Source: Octopus sinensis (Eukaryota). From it: a stretch of DNA of 64,000 nt. The notes under the pieces are model-generated. The model saw only the letters and a list, made by a program, of their open reading frames with translations, made no database searches and was not told the DNA's origin. The stretch lies in assembly GCF_006345805.1 (NCBI RefSeq), contig NC_042998.1, forward strand, positions 193,130,001-193,194,000, given 5' to 3'. Shown here piece after piece: positions 25,147 to 37,834 of the stretch (the stretch's first letter is position 1; the number at the start of each line of letters is the position of its first letter). The position numbers were made by a program, and so were the translations under genes.

Positions 25147-25959
25147 AGGTTTGCGCTGAGGCTATACTTGAAATCAGTTTACATTGATAAAGTTTGAGGA
25201 AGATTCTAGCGAGAATATATTCCAATAATTCCGGAATATTTGGCCTAAGTTTACGTGTGAAGATTCATATCATTATCTGACTAAGCACGTAAAAAGTTCT
25301 TTATAAAGATTGTACAATGTTACATGGATTAGCGCGAATCCAGCTTAATTTTGTGTAACTTAATGGGATAAGTGTTAATACTGATGGCATTAAGTCCATC
25401 TGTTAATGGAATAGCTGATAATTGCTTTATTATCGATATTACATATGATGTCAATCATATATTACGTCAACTCAAGACTATTCACTTGCAAGTAAGAAAC
25501 GGCCAGTTTCCTAAAGTATATTCCAAAAGAAGAGAATGAAGTTATAAAAATTACAGGGTTTTAGGTTATATTTAGTGTTTGCCACGGGAGGAGAAGAAAT
25601 ATAATACCGGTAACATTGTGAGGTTGGTTTCAGTAGATGTAATGTTTTAATTTTCTTTCTGATTTTGAGAAGCTCATTTTCGATATCGATGCTGAAACAG
25701 TTAATTACATACCCATGTGTCCCGTTGACGATACATCGAAGAGGCCAGGGAACAGAAGAAAGAAGACATGCACCCAACACCAGAGCTGAAGACACCTCCG
25801 AAAGGGGTGGGGGGGGCGCCACGTCAAAACGGTAGAGGAGTAGGGGCCGAAACCGGACGTGGTTCCTCCTGATGATGTCTTGAGCTAACTGGATCCTATA
25901 AAGGAGCTGTTGTGGTAGCAGACCACGAAATACGGTTGAAATTCCCCACTATGTGTCCC

Positions 25960-27760
25960 GTAAGTTGTAAGCATAAAATATTGTTCGAGTAATGTAACTC
26001 AGGATTTTTGAATAATTTCCACTTAGAGATTACTAATACAATAAAATTCCTAACATTTTGCAGGAAAACTCTGTTGTGTACGATTTATGTATTTCTGTCC
26101 TAGATCATTACGTCTTGTCAATTATTCTTGTATTTTACTGCTTTCACATGAATATTGTACCAGTATTTTTCATACTATGAATATTTGTCTCTCCATATCA
26201 TAGTAACCTCTTCATTTTTATTGGATCTTTTCGGTTTGACTGGCAGTTTTTTTTAAATAATTTCCACGTAACTAAACACTTTTAAACTTCGTATACTGGT
26301 AGAATGTGTTTATAAAACATCTTTTTCTCTTGGCTTTATTGAGAAAATTCCATAGTTTGTAAGATATTTATTGTTTTTTTTCTTCAATTTCTGCAATTTC
26401 AACCAATCAATGACGTCTATTGAATTGAAAACATTCTGTGCCGTATGAATATGTCCTCGTTTAAGAAACAGATTGGGTTTATTTACATTTCTGAAGAAAA
26501 AAAGATACCCTTCCCCAACCCCTAACCCTAACTAACCGTAACCCTAAAACAGATTGAAATGCAATAGATCGATACTAGGGTCATAATTACGGGTGACAAT
26601 TTCATATGACACCGCTAGAAAAAACTGCCGTTCAAACCGAAAAGATCCTTTTTATTCCCAACATTATTTTTCTCGGATTGCATTGTAAAAGGTTTTGACT
26701 TGGACATCATGTCCCATTAACAGATTACATAGAGATAAGATTTTCGGACGGTTGCTTTGATTTTGATGACATCCTCGGTGTTAATTCCCAGACTCTGCAT
26801 CAGTTGTGACATCAGGGTATTTTAAGTCCTTTCATATCGCTTTTGCGCATCAGATACTTTATTTTTTGCTCTTGTATTTCGTAAACTTACCCTTTAAAAT
26901 TAGGAGCTAAAATTCCAGTTGTTTGTCCAACGTAGATTATATTATCATCCATATTGCAGTCATTTCTAAACTTTTTAGAGGCAAAGCCATGAACGATATT
27001 CTGCTGATATGAATACAGTTTTTCATCTTATATAGCCTATTTCTATACTATTGTGTACATTTGTGCAACTTCTGAGGTTGTATCTCTAGTTATGGTTTCC
27101 TTGGGGCTTCTGTCCAACCCTTCATGATGTGTTCTCCCTGACTTATGCATGTTCTCTGTATAAGTTAGAAGAGGTCGTCTAAGGAATACCATACAAAATT
27201 GAAAGGCTCCTTGAATCGATGTTAAGCTTCTTTCATAGAATGTTCGTTTTGGGATGAGGATGTTTAACTGTTGATAGGAAAGTTCTTGTGTTGGTGAATA
27301 GTTTTCGGATTCGCACATCAGTAGCGTAGAATTCCTCTAGCCTCCAAACCAAGAGCCAAATTGTTGTTACGAATACAGCAAACATGTTGTGCAATACTGA
27401 TTTATTGCTTACATAGAGTTTTGAGGAATATACTTTATAATCCGGCTGTAATATTCTCTAGTTACAAGTTCTTTATTTTATCATAGGTGGGATTTCCTTC
27501 ATCCTTACTTATCTGAATCATTCCCCAAAAGATTTCGGAGAATATTGAAGTCATTCAGAAAAGATGTAGTTAGACTGGTTTGTAGTTCTACCTCGTTTTA
27601 CAACGTAGTAAGAACATTTATCCTGGTTAAGCTCCATTCTTATATTATTGAGAATATTGCAGTATTATTAATGCTTAGCATATACTTTCAGATCGTTCAC
27701 AAGGCAGCAATGTTTTTGACTGGTGTGTCTGTCTTCATTTGAGCCAAATACGAACATTAG
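25960..27760 (-). mobile_element. Heavily degraded R4/Dong-type REL LINE, split by a MITE
   Basis: Frameshifted pieces VNDLKVYAKH, YSSKLYVSNKSVLHNMFAV, LEEFYATDVRIRKLFT, HGFASKKFRNDC, YEIQEQ, GHDVQVKTFYNAI and KYWYNIHVKAVKYK are colinear with the 39502-40755 protein. Confidence 0.75.
26223..26648. mobile_element. MITE, Merlin-like, copy 2
   Basis: Same TIR and body as 8711-9146; perfect 8-bp TSD TTTTTATT. Confidence 0.9.
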
Positions 27761-28054
27761 AGTGGCCTTTTCCTGGGTGCCTCACTCCCAGTACGTTGGA
27801 CGCCAATCCGGAATTTCTGACTGCTTGTGCTGTTGTTTAGTGGTTGAATATATCCAGGGTTCATCCATCCTTTTGACCAGACTCGCTGTTACTCATATTG
27901 GATTTCTAACAACCCTCCTCACCAGGCTAGCCTAGTAGAGATGACGGTTGAGTTGCTGACGACTCAACCATGCAACAGATTGTACTGGATTCCAACGGAT
28001 TGTACTGGATTCCATGTTATCAGTAGTATACATGAGAGACCCACGGATGACCTG

Positions 28055-28097
<43 letters not shown>

Positions 28098-28574
28098 AGA
28101 AATATATACACACACATGCACACATCTCACAAAAACAATCGATATGCGGAATAGTGAAAATATCCAATACTTTACTCAAGTTCAACAGGTAACATTTTTT
28201 TCATTTATGTTACTCATATCCCACTGTCGTAGCGCTGTTTCTTTGTTAGAAATCAGCTCCTTAAGTGTAAAAAGAATTCAAATAATTAAAAAGAAAACAA
28301 TTACATATATACATGCGTGGGTCCCAATATTGCATACATCCTCAGTTATTGATTACTCCCAAGGTATCCCTAATCGAGCAGACCGGCTATCAAAGAGGTT
28401 CTAGTCGTGATAATCCCATTTTTTATATTACTACAGAGAATCCAGGAACACATCATTCGACGTGTCTTTCCTTAGGTGATAGGACTAGATTTGAGAGCAA
28501 TTCAGCTGTTATTTCTCACAACTCTAGCAGCCATGTAGAAGCTCCCTTCGCTCATTCACTGTAACAAACACACC

Positions 28575-28798
28575 TTTCTTTCTTTTCTTTCTTTTCTTTT
28601 ACTTGTTTCAGTTATTTGACTGCGGCCATGCTGGAGCACCGCCTTTAGTCGAGCAAATCGACCCTGGGACTTATTCTTTGTAAGCCCACTACTTATTCTA
28701 TCGGTCTCTTTTGCCGAACTGCTAAGTGACGGGGACGTAAACACACCAGCATCGGTTGTCAAGCAATGCTAGAGGGACAAACACAGACACACAAACAT

Positions 28799-28831
<33 letters not shown>

Positions 28832-29004
28832 CATATATACGACAGGCTTCTTTCAGCTTCCGTCTACCAAATCCACTCACAAGGCTTTGGTCGGCCCGAG
28901 GCTATAGCAGGAGACACTTGCCTAAGATGCCACGCAGTGGGACTGAACCCAAAACCATGTGGTTGGTAAACAAGCTACTTACCACACAGCCACTTCTGCG
29001 CCTA
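28575..29004 (-). mobile_element. SINE family A
   Basis: Full match, reverse orientation. Confidence 0.92.
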
Positions 29005-29223
29005 CTCACCCAGTTGATTAATTTGAACGTTCTAACTACAATAATTAGAAGAGAGTCGCTAAAATATGGAGACGGTAAAATCACGAATGAGAAGTTTTAC
29101 AAAGCCACTTGAACGGCGTGAAAACAGACGATTTTTATCTTTTATGATATCTAATTCTCCTTAAGTCTCCTAAATACGACTAGGCGAAAAAAAATAAAGA
29201 AAACAGAAAACAAATGTATATGA

Positions 29224-29626
29224 ATAGGCGCAGGAATGGCTTTGTGGTAAGTAGCTTGCTTACCAACCACATGGTTCCGGGTTCAGTCCCACTGCGTGGC
29301 ACCTTCGGCAAGTGTCTTCTACTATAGCCTCGGGCTGACCAAAGCCTTGTGAGTGGATTTGGTAGACGAAAACTGAAAGAAGCCCGTCGTATATATGTAT
29401 ATGTGCGTGTGTGTTTGTGAGTCTGTGTTTGTCCCCCTAGCATTGCTTGACAACCGATGCCGGTGTGTTTACGTCCCCGTCACTTAGCGGTTCGTCAAAA
29501 AAAAACCCGATAGAATAAGTACTGGACTTACAAAGAATAAGTCCCGGGGTCGATTTGCTCGACTAAAGGCGGTGCTCCAGCATGGCCGCAGTCAAATGAC
29601 TGAAACAAGTAAAAGAGTAAAAGAGA
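29224..29626 (+). mobile_element. SINE family A
   Basis: Full match. Confidence 0.92.
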
Positions 29627-30365
29627 GATAGAAAATTGTCCGTACGAGTTTGTTGGTTTTCGAGCTTAATTTCTATTCGCGATTTCATAATAATTTCTTC
29701 CGCTACCTTATTTGATAACCATCTTTAGATAATGTTTAGGTAATACTTCAAATGGCAGCTCATTTTGGTGTCAAGCATTGTCGTTAGAAAATAGATGTTA
29801 GTGATGGTTTGCCTCTCTGCATAAATCAGATAGGAAAATATTAAAGAATATATTTTAACAAATAGAAAACTATAATTATAGAGAAGGCATGAAAGCAACA
29901 AAAAAAAAACAACAAACAAACAAAAAAACTTCTTCATGTTGTTGTGGCTTAGCGCCCAGGTTAACCCTTACCGAGTAGGCAGATGATCAAAGGCGTATGG
30001 TTGAGGAGTTGTGAAGTGTTGTATATGTAACCGAATAAAATCTAATGTATATAGGTTATGAATCGGTTTATAGAAAAAATGTAAATCAATTTATTCGGTT
30101 ACGCATGCAGTACACTACTTTCCACAGTTATTTCTAATACTTTTTTTTTTCTTTGATAGATGGTCTTACTCGAAACTGTACATTTTAAACAAAAGTAACA
30201 TTGATCATGAAGTATAAACACACTTATACACACGCACACAAACATGAATAGATTATTTCGAACTAAAGCATGAAAATACATGCCCACACATATGCAGGTA
30301 CATATGAACCAGTTACCTTAAGCATATATATATATATATATATATTCATAACCGACGGAGTGCTT

Positions 30366-30409
<44 letters not shown>

Positions 30410-30412
<3 letters not shown>

Positions 30413-30559
30413 GGGTAACCACTGTGTGGACACCCTTATGCTAGAAGTAGATCCGCTATGGTCTTACCACTAAGAAATGTTCTCAAGAACATTTCTTAGT
30501 GGTTAGACCATAGCGGACCTACTTCTAGCATAAGCGTGTCCACATAGTGGTTACCCCTC
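30410..30559. repeat. 150-bp near-perfect palindrome (hairpin MITE-like)
   Basis: 73-bp arms, 4 mismatches, 4-nt loop TCAA at 30483-30486. Confidence 0.92.
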
Positions 30560-30695
30560 AAATATGTATATAATACAATTTTACTGAACCTTCAGTTTTT
30601 TTTATATGCTAGACCACTAGTGTGAAATTGATGTTGATTGAATTAATATCAAATTTCTCACCCTCATTTTAAATTTATATATATATATATATATT

Positions 30696-30775
30696 CATAT
30701 GTATGTATGTACACATGTATGTATATATATATATATATATAATATATATATATATACATATGTATGTATGTACAC

Positions 30776-30811
<36 letters not shown>

Positions 30812-30825
30812 GTATGTATGTACAC

Positions 30826-30877
<52 letters not shown>

Positions 30878-30908
30878 TATATACATATGTATGTATGTAC
30901 ACATGTAT
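30696..30908. repeat. Minisatellite: four copies of CATATGTATGTATGTACACATGTA separated by variable (TA)n
   Basis: Copies start at 30696, 30757, 30807 and 30884. Confidence 0.9.
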
Positions 30909-31229
30909 TTACTTATATATTTATATCTTAGTGCTAAAAAATATAATAGCGCCAAGAATCGAGAAAAGACGTATGAAACTGCTCTCTTTCTTGACAAGGA
31001 AATTAATCTGAAACGTCAGAAACGCACGCTCACAAGGGAATAAGTAACGCAATTTTACTTAGATATACCAATACCTATTACGTTTGTTTACGATGCAGAC
31101 CATAATCATATATCGATCAATACACAGCATACTCAACCTTTAGGACAAAGTCATAACTATGCTAAGGTAAACCTGCCTACACTGAATGGATACTACACAA
31201 TAGACACTTAAATATATCACTGTCGTACT

Positions 31230-31640
31230 AAAGAATGCTTTTAAATTTATTGGTGCTGGTAATTCGAAAACTTTCACTATCAACAGCTTGTGATAAGGAG
31301 ATAGGGTGCTGCGGCAATAGTTCTCTATATACTATACGTAAACCGCAGCTCATGATGACTTGGAACGATGCTACAACCGTCAGAGAATGTCTATGGATTG
31401 CATCGCATTCCCAAGACTCAAAACACACACGCTCTAGGCAGAAGCTTTCAGCACTTGACTGTCGGTAACTTGAACGCACTCCTAGAAAAACTTCTACAAG
31501 CGCTATCACAGTTGACGAATTTCAGGTTTTCAGAAGACATGCGCAACCACCTTGTATCGCCAGCGTTAGGGAAAATATAGGATACCAATAACTGAGTGAT
31601 TGGACACGTATAACCAACAAAGTTACTGCTCACAAAACGC
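31230..31640 (+). pseudogene. Possible degenerate L1/Tx1-type AP-endonuclease relic
   Basis: LTVGNLNALLE resembles LIVGDFNAVLD; weak downstream echo. Confidence 0.3.
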
Positions 31641-32079
31641 ATGGCTAAAAAGTACACACGGTGCGAGTGTGTGTGTGTGTATGCGTGCGCATTCGTGTGT
31701 GCGCGTTTTTCGGTAATTCTGGATTAGCGAATGTCTACTTTACAAACGGAGGACGACGTAATCAACGAATAGAACGGAAGCGAATTTTGTTTCACGTTTG
31801 TAATCGAATTATTCGAAGTATGCTTGTTTGAAATGGAAGAAAGTTTGTGCTGGGTATATTAGGATGGAAATGAGCCTCATCAGATCCAATGCGTTATGAT
31901 AATGACCATGAAATTACTGCTTATTATTGTGTCGTTTTGCACTTTCTTCGTTGAATCTAGAAATAATAGTCATTGCTAATTTTATTATTTCTTTCCCATT
32001 ATTACTGTGCAGATGTATATATTATTTAATATCATTTGCAAAATAGTTATCTCAAGATTGTGAGACTGATGCGGGGGTT

Positions 32080-32280
32080 TTTATGTAGTCGCTAGGTGTG
32101 CTAGAAAACGTAACCAAAGCTCCCTCAAGCTACATTCTACTGTATAGAATAAAAAGACACATTGGGTAATGTGATCTCACATACTCTTAAAAGATAGGAT
32201 GGTCCTGGCTGGACTGTCTTTGAGGATAGGTTTGCTCAATCATAACTAATCTAAACCTGAACAACTACAACAATGTAAAT
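32080..32280 (+). mobile_element. Old SINE-tail family (related relics near 11395-11525, 16290-16490, 17100-17280, 23250-23420, 29935-30000 and 49690-49800)
   Basis: Shared degenerate GCTAGAAA.AG..GCCAAA..TCCCTCAA and GATGGTC..GGCTGGA.TG.CTTTGA..ATAGGT..GCT motifs. Confidence 0.55.
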
Positions 32281-32659
32281 AAGTTAAAGAATATAAACAA
32301 AATATATACGAATTTTAGTTGTGTTCATAAACATTTATTGATACAAGTTATAACGAGAATGAAAGAGCAGTATACAGCTAATATTTTCAATACGAAATAC
32401 GAAAAGAATAAAATATTTTAGATAGTATAATGAATACAATAGCTTCTCAATTTCAAAAGATGAAAAGTTTCTGTTTGCCAGCGACAAAAGCATATATGAT
32501 TTGGTTAATAAGGGAAGAATCTCCGAGAAACCCTTTGTATATTCTATGTATAGGAAAGGTACAAATATTTTACACGAGATGTATTTGGTATTCACCAAGC
32601 ATTGTGTTTCATTTGACGCCATTTTCTTTTATTCTAGTAACACATTACATATAACAAGT

Positions 32660-33397
32660 TTATGGAAACGAAACCACGCTTCAGGAAGCATCCCAGGCGT
32701 GGGACATTCCAGTAAAATGTAGTTTTTCCCGCTTCTAACTTTATGGGTTGATGGCTTTGCGAGTTAGTTTTTAATTCGATAATCTTTTGTATCGGCTCTA
32801 CTTAACCATTGATGGAAGAACACTTTGTTCCGACGGTTGTAGGAAGAGTCAAAGTATGAACAAAGCAAAAGAAACCATCAAAAATACATTAGAGATATAG
32901 GGTGAAGCTAAAGAAATAAACCATCGTGAATTACAGGTTTATATTTATGTTATCCTCAATAGAACATATTAATTTTTGTTTACTACATAAGATTAGAAAC
33001 TTGGGCTTCAGTAGAGATAACCTGTTAACAAATGATTGTGATTTTCTCTTGTTCATATTTCCCAAGAAGCAGAGAAGTAGTTTATCTGCCTGTTGGATGG
33101 GAAACAGAATATAACTTTTTGTTAAACTGTCTATGACAAACCTTAAGCCTTTAAACTGCTATAAATTGGATATCTTAGTTTTGATTAAACAGCAAAATTA
33201 TGTTTAATACTTTGCTTAAGTGAATTATGAATTCAGAATTCAAACCAATTTTGCATTATGGAAACGAAACCACGCTTCAGGAAGCATCCCAGGCGTGGGA
33301 CATTCCAGTAAAATGTAGTTTTTCCTGATTCTAACTTTATGTGTTGATAGCTTTGCGAGTTAGTTTTTAATTCGATAATCTTTTGTATCGGCTCTAC
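32660..33397 (+). repeat. Two 142-bp direct repeats (32660-32801 and 33256-33397)
   Basis: TTATGGAAACGAAACCACGCTTCAGG..TGTATCGGCTCTAC, few mismatches, period 596. Confidence 0.92.
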
Positions 33398-33631
33398 AAT
33401 AAAATACTGTTTCAGCTTAACACGAAAACACCAATATGTGTTCTACTACAGAATTGTTATTCAGTTTACTAATATTCAGGAATAACATTATTGCGATTAG
33501 TCGAATCTATACTTACAAAAAAACTATGTAAACAAACCAAAGACTATTATAGCATTCAAACTTATACACACTCCTCACAATTTACCCACCTCTCTCTCTC
33601 TTTTTCTCTCTCTCTGTCTCTCTTTATATAT

Positions 33632-33852
33632 CTATTTGTTTACTACCCACAAGGGGCTACACATAGAGGGGACAAATAAGGACAGACAAATGGATTACGT
33701 CGACCCCAGTGCGTAACTGGTACTTAATTTATCGACCCCGAAAGGATGAAAGGCAAAGTCGACCTCGTCGGAATTTGAACTCAGAACGTACGGGCAGACG
33801 AAATACAGCTACGCATTTCGCCCAGCGTGCTAACGTTTCTGCCAGCTCGCCT
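33632..33852 (-). mobile_element. SINE family C monomer
   Basis: Match to other C copies. Confidence 0.88.
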
Positions 33853-33871
33853 CTTTCTTTATATATCATGG

Positions 33872-34166
33872 ACTCTCCCGTCGTTTGACGGACGATGCAT
33901 GAGGGTTTGGCAATTACTTGCCGAACAACCACACAGATGATTTGTTTATAGTGATCAAATGTTTGTGTACACATAAGCTCGCACCCTCCATCAAATCGAC
34001 ATTACCTGTACAGGTGCACTGTGTGCCATATGTCATGACGAAATGATCACAGAGCAACGGGAATTCAAGTGCGTTGCTCAAGAACATAACGCAACGCCCG
34101 GGATAGAAATGTAGCCCACAATCTCGCAATTGTGAGTCTAATGCCCTAACCATTAAGCTATGTACC

Positions 34167-34170
<4 letters not shown>
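33872..34170 (-). mobile_element. Older tRNA-head SINE, distinct body
   Basis: Head TAGCTTAATGGTTAGGGC; partial CORE-like TTCTTGAGCAACGCACTT. Confidence 0.6.
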
Positions 34171-34219
<49 letters not shown>

Positions 34220-34227
34220 ATACACTC

Positions 34228-34266
<39 letters not shown>

Positions 34267-34358
34267 TATATGTATATACATCTATATATATATACACATA
34301 TATATGTGCATATATGTGTGTAAATGTATGTGTATGTATATATATTATGTAGATATAA

Positions 34359-34389
<31 letters not shown>

Positions 34390-34879
34390 TGTATGTAATG
34401 TATGTATAGGTTGATAATAACTTCGAAGTTTCGCTAAACCTTGCTTTTCAAGCTGCATTGGAAACCAGAACCCGCAGCGCTGATGCACGTAAATGGTAAC
34501 AATAAGCAGAACACAGTTGTTGAAATAAATAAGCTTCAGTCGTCCATAAAGAATGAGAAACCAACAGTGAGAGCTGAGTTATATTCAATATACGATTAAA
34601 GCTAATAGAGAGATGACATTTTGAATGTTTACCTACAAACCGCTGATGGCGTTCAGGGACTTGGAAACAGCTCGCTTGTGCAAATACAGTCGAAAATTCC
34701 GCATACCAGATGCCAGCTATAAGGGGTCATCAGAAAAGAATGCGCACCGTTTCGGCGGTCTTCCTCGTGAAAGCGTAACATCGTAGCGCCCCTCCCTTCA
34801 CTGTCTTTCCCCCACCTACTGATTCGACTGATTAATATTCAGAGATTATTGGAGATTATTACTTCTTCAGCCAGGCTTC

Positions 34880-35830
34880 ATCGTTCTCTTCCAGCTATAT
34901 TCTATAGCTTGCTCCCTCAAATCTCGCCGGAATCTTTTTCAGCGAGAAGTTTGCTTGCCGATGTCTGATACCTATTTCTTTACTATCCACAAGGGGCTAA
35001 ACATAGAGAGGACAAACAAGGACAGACAAACGGATTAAGTCGATTATATCGACCCAAGTGCGTAACTGGTACTTAATTTATCGACCCCGAAAGGATGAAA
35101 AGCAAAGTCGACCTCGGCGGAATTTGAACTTAAAACGTAACGAGACGAAATACCGCAAAGCATTTCGCCTGGCATGCTAACGATTCTGCTAGTTCGCCGC
35201 CCTCCGATGTCTGATACCAGTTGATAGAAACCATCGTTTCAACCAACTTCTAAAGGAAAGTGTACTACACTCCAACCCGCATCTATGCAGTCTTCCAGCA
35301 GCTTCTTATAACTCCTGTCATTCCTAACCTGGGACATTCATTAACCAACGTTCCTTACACCATATCGTCATATCTGACCTCTTCCTGATTGGCATTGAGA
35401 AAAGGCGTTCACACCCTAAAAGATCTACTACACCGACCCAAACTTTATCCAAGGTCTTGTCATTCACAGTTTCCTCATGTTCTGATTAACCGTCTTGACA
35501 TTAACGGACAAAAATTATAAACCGTTTACTGCTATCCTTCTGCGGTTTCCTGCAATCACCGATCATTTCCATCTGCTTCTTTTTGGTACAATAGAGAATT
35601 TTGAGGGCCTCACTGTATCCCCTTGTATGTCTTTCCAACGTCTTTGAGCAGTTAGAATATGCTTCGCTTCAGTATGCTGACTTTTCCGCATCTTGCACTT
35701 TCCGTCATTCTCTATTTTCCACCTCAGCAGATTGCGTATGGATGACAGTACATCATAGGTGGTTTGAAGAAGGAAGCTCAACCGTAATGTGCTTCATCTC
35801 CAAATCTCATTTCAACCCACCTTCCTTTCT
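34880..35830 (-). mobile_element. Degraded HERO/NeSL-type REL LINE C-terminus, interrupted by SINE C
   Basis: SFLLQTTYDVLSSIRNLLRWKI, KHIL, RSDMTIW and YKKLLEDCIDAGWSVVHFPLEVG. Confidence 0.75.
34973..35203 (-). mobile_element. SINE family C monomer
   Basis: 15-bp TSD CCGATGTCTGATACC. Confidence 0.92.
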
Positions 35831-35930
35831 ACAACCTTTACTTCTCACTCGGTCATCTGACCTTCCTTTTCGTCTGCTTCTCTAAATTTACTACAACCAC
35901 TAACAGCGACTCTGCGCTCCTTCTGAATCG

Positions 35931-36153
35931 TCTCTTTTACTCTTTTACTTGTTTCAGTCATTTGACTGTGGCCATGCTGGAGCACCGCCTTTAGCCGAGC
36001 AAATCGACCCCAGGACTTATTCTTTGTAAGCCTAGTATTTATTCTATCGATCTCTTTTGCCGAACCGCTAAGTTACGGGGACGTAAACACACCAGCATCG
36101 GTTGTCAAGTGATGTTGGGGGGACAAAGACAGACACACAAACATATGCACACT

Positions 36154-36199
<46 letters not shown>

Positions 36200-36204
36200 A
36201 ACAA

Positions 36205-36242
<38 letters not shown>

Positions 36243-36401
36243 GCACACATATATACGACAGGCTTCTTTCAGTTTCCGTCTACCAAATCCACTCACAAGG
36301 CTTTGGTCGGCCCGAGGCTATAGTAGAAGTCACTTGTCTATGGTGCCACGCAGTGGGACTGAACTCGGAACCATGTGGTTTGTAAGCGTGCTACTTACCA
36401 C
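35931..36401 (-). mobile_element. SINE family A (5' ~20 nt missing)
   Basis: Match to other copies; long internal (CA)n. Confidence 0.9.
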
Positions 36402-36882
36402 GTCGAAAATGGTTTAAATGGATTACAGCCAATACTTTTCCGGCCATTTTGAATTGCTCCCACTATATATCAATGTTAAAATAACGCTACTATGCCATCA
36501 GTTTCTTTCTCTGCCCACCATTTTCTTGCAGTTTTGACATCTGGTGAATTGATCTGTATTTCTTTGTTTTCGGTCTCCCTAAGCATTATGAACGTTCGCT
36601 CCATTCCAGGTTTAACGTTTTGAAACATCTTTAGCATTTCATAATATTAGCGAAGCTCAATTAAAAATCAAGTTCCTTACACTTATTGTGAGCCTTAACA
36701 AATCATAATGTGCATCCTATAAAAATAGATAAATACTATACGAAAATTAACAATTTTCAGTAAGTTAATATACCACACGAAAAGTATTATAAAGAATTTA
36801 GTTTAAAATGTGTCCTTCAAACTATCTGTTTCACTTTCTAGTGAGCGGCTTGGTGGTGAAACAACGAACGAACTGAATATAT

Positions 36883-37302
36883 ATTCAATTCAATTCAATT
36901 CAATTTTTATTGGCCCAAAAAGCAAAAGCAAGCCCATGTAGGGGGACAGGGAGTTATGTACAGAGGGTGGTCATACAAAAAGTTCAGGCCATTTCTGGTC
37001 AAGAAAGACTTTGAACCGAGCGGTCGTCAGCATCTTCACTATCTCATCCGGCAGCTTATTCCACGGATCCGCAACCCGAACGGAGAAGGCCCCTCTCCTT
37101 CGATTGAGATGAAATCGTCGTAGATATAGCTTTTCGGAGTGACCCCGCAGCCCACACTCTGGAGCAGGAGTGAAGAACAGCTCTTTCGAGAGGTTACACT
37201 TTCCGCTTATGATGTTGTGAGCGAGAATGAAATCACCACGGCGTCGTCGTTTTTCTAGAGAATACAGGTCGAGCTTCATCAGCCTTTCTTCACAAGACAA
37301 GT
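36883..37302 (-). mobile_element. 3' end of the same CR1-type family as 5404-6870, (TTGAA)n tail
   Basis: RLMKLDLYSLEKRRRRGD..WNKLPDE; nucleotide similarity to 5430-5810. Confidence 0.92.
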
Positions 37303-37834
37303 ATAATATATACCTTGAACGTATTATTAAGTCCCATTAAATGTTGGAAGATGCAGACAGAGTAGTATAATGAACACTTTAACAGTAACGTATATGCATT
37401 AACTACCACTGGTTCGATAGAAACATTGGACGTCAAGTCAGAAATACCATAAGCCTCTTCAGCGAAAAATATTAAAACCTTTTATTCGCCCACGTACAAT
37501 TTTACACAGACACTTGCTAATTCCGATCTTTCCAAATTAAAAGAAAACGTTCAACTAGCAAAATACTTCAAATTATAACTGTATAAACATCACTGTCCGG
37601 CCATTCTTAGGAAATTGTAAGTCAAATGCATCAGTCTATTATGCTACACTAAACACTGACTCGAATGCCCTATCACGTATAGATCTGATTAATTCTTTAA
37701 AAATAAATTATATTATCATTCACACATTTACGAACTTGATTAGAAAAGTCAATACCACACTTTCCTTTACACGTATATATATATATACTGGATTTTTTTA
37801 TCAAGCAGTATAATCAAAAATTAGTGTCAGTTCT

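Noticed and set aside
27946-28015. 8-bp hairpin GGTTGAGT/ACTCAACC and a 20-bp tandem duplication
   Set aside because: Small local features with no further support.
34730-34780. GAAAC and CTGATGA on the minus strand near the HERO 3' end
   Set aside because: Required stems cannot be formed; not a hammerhead.
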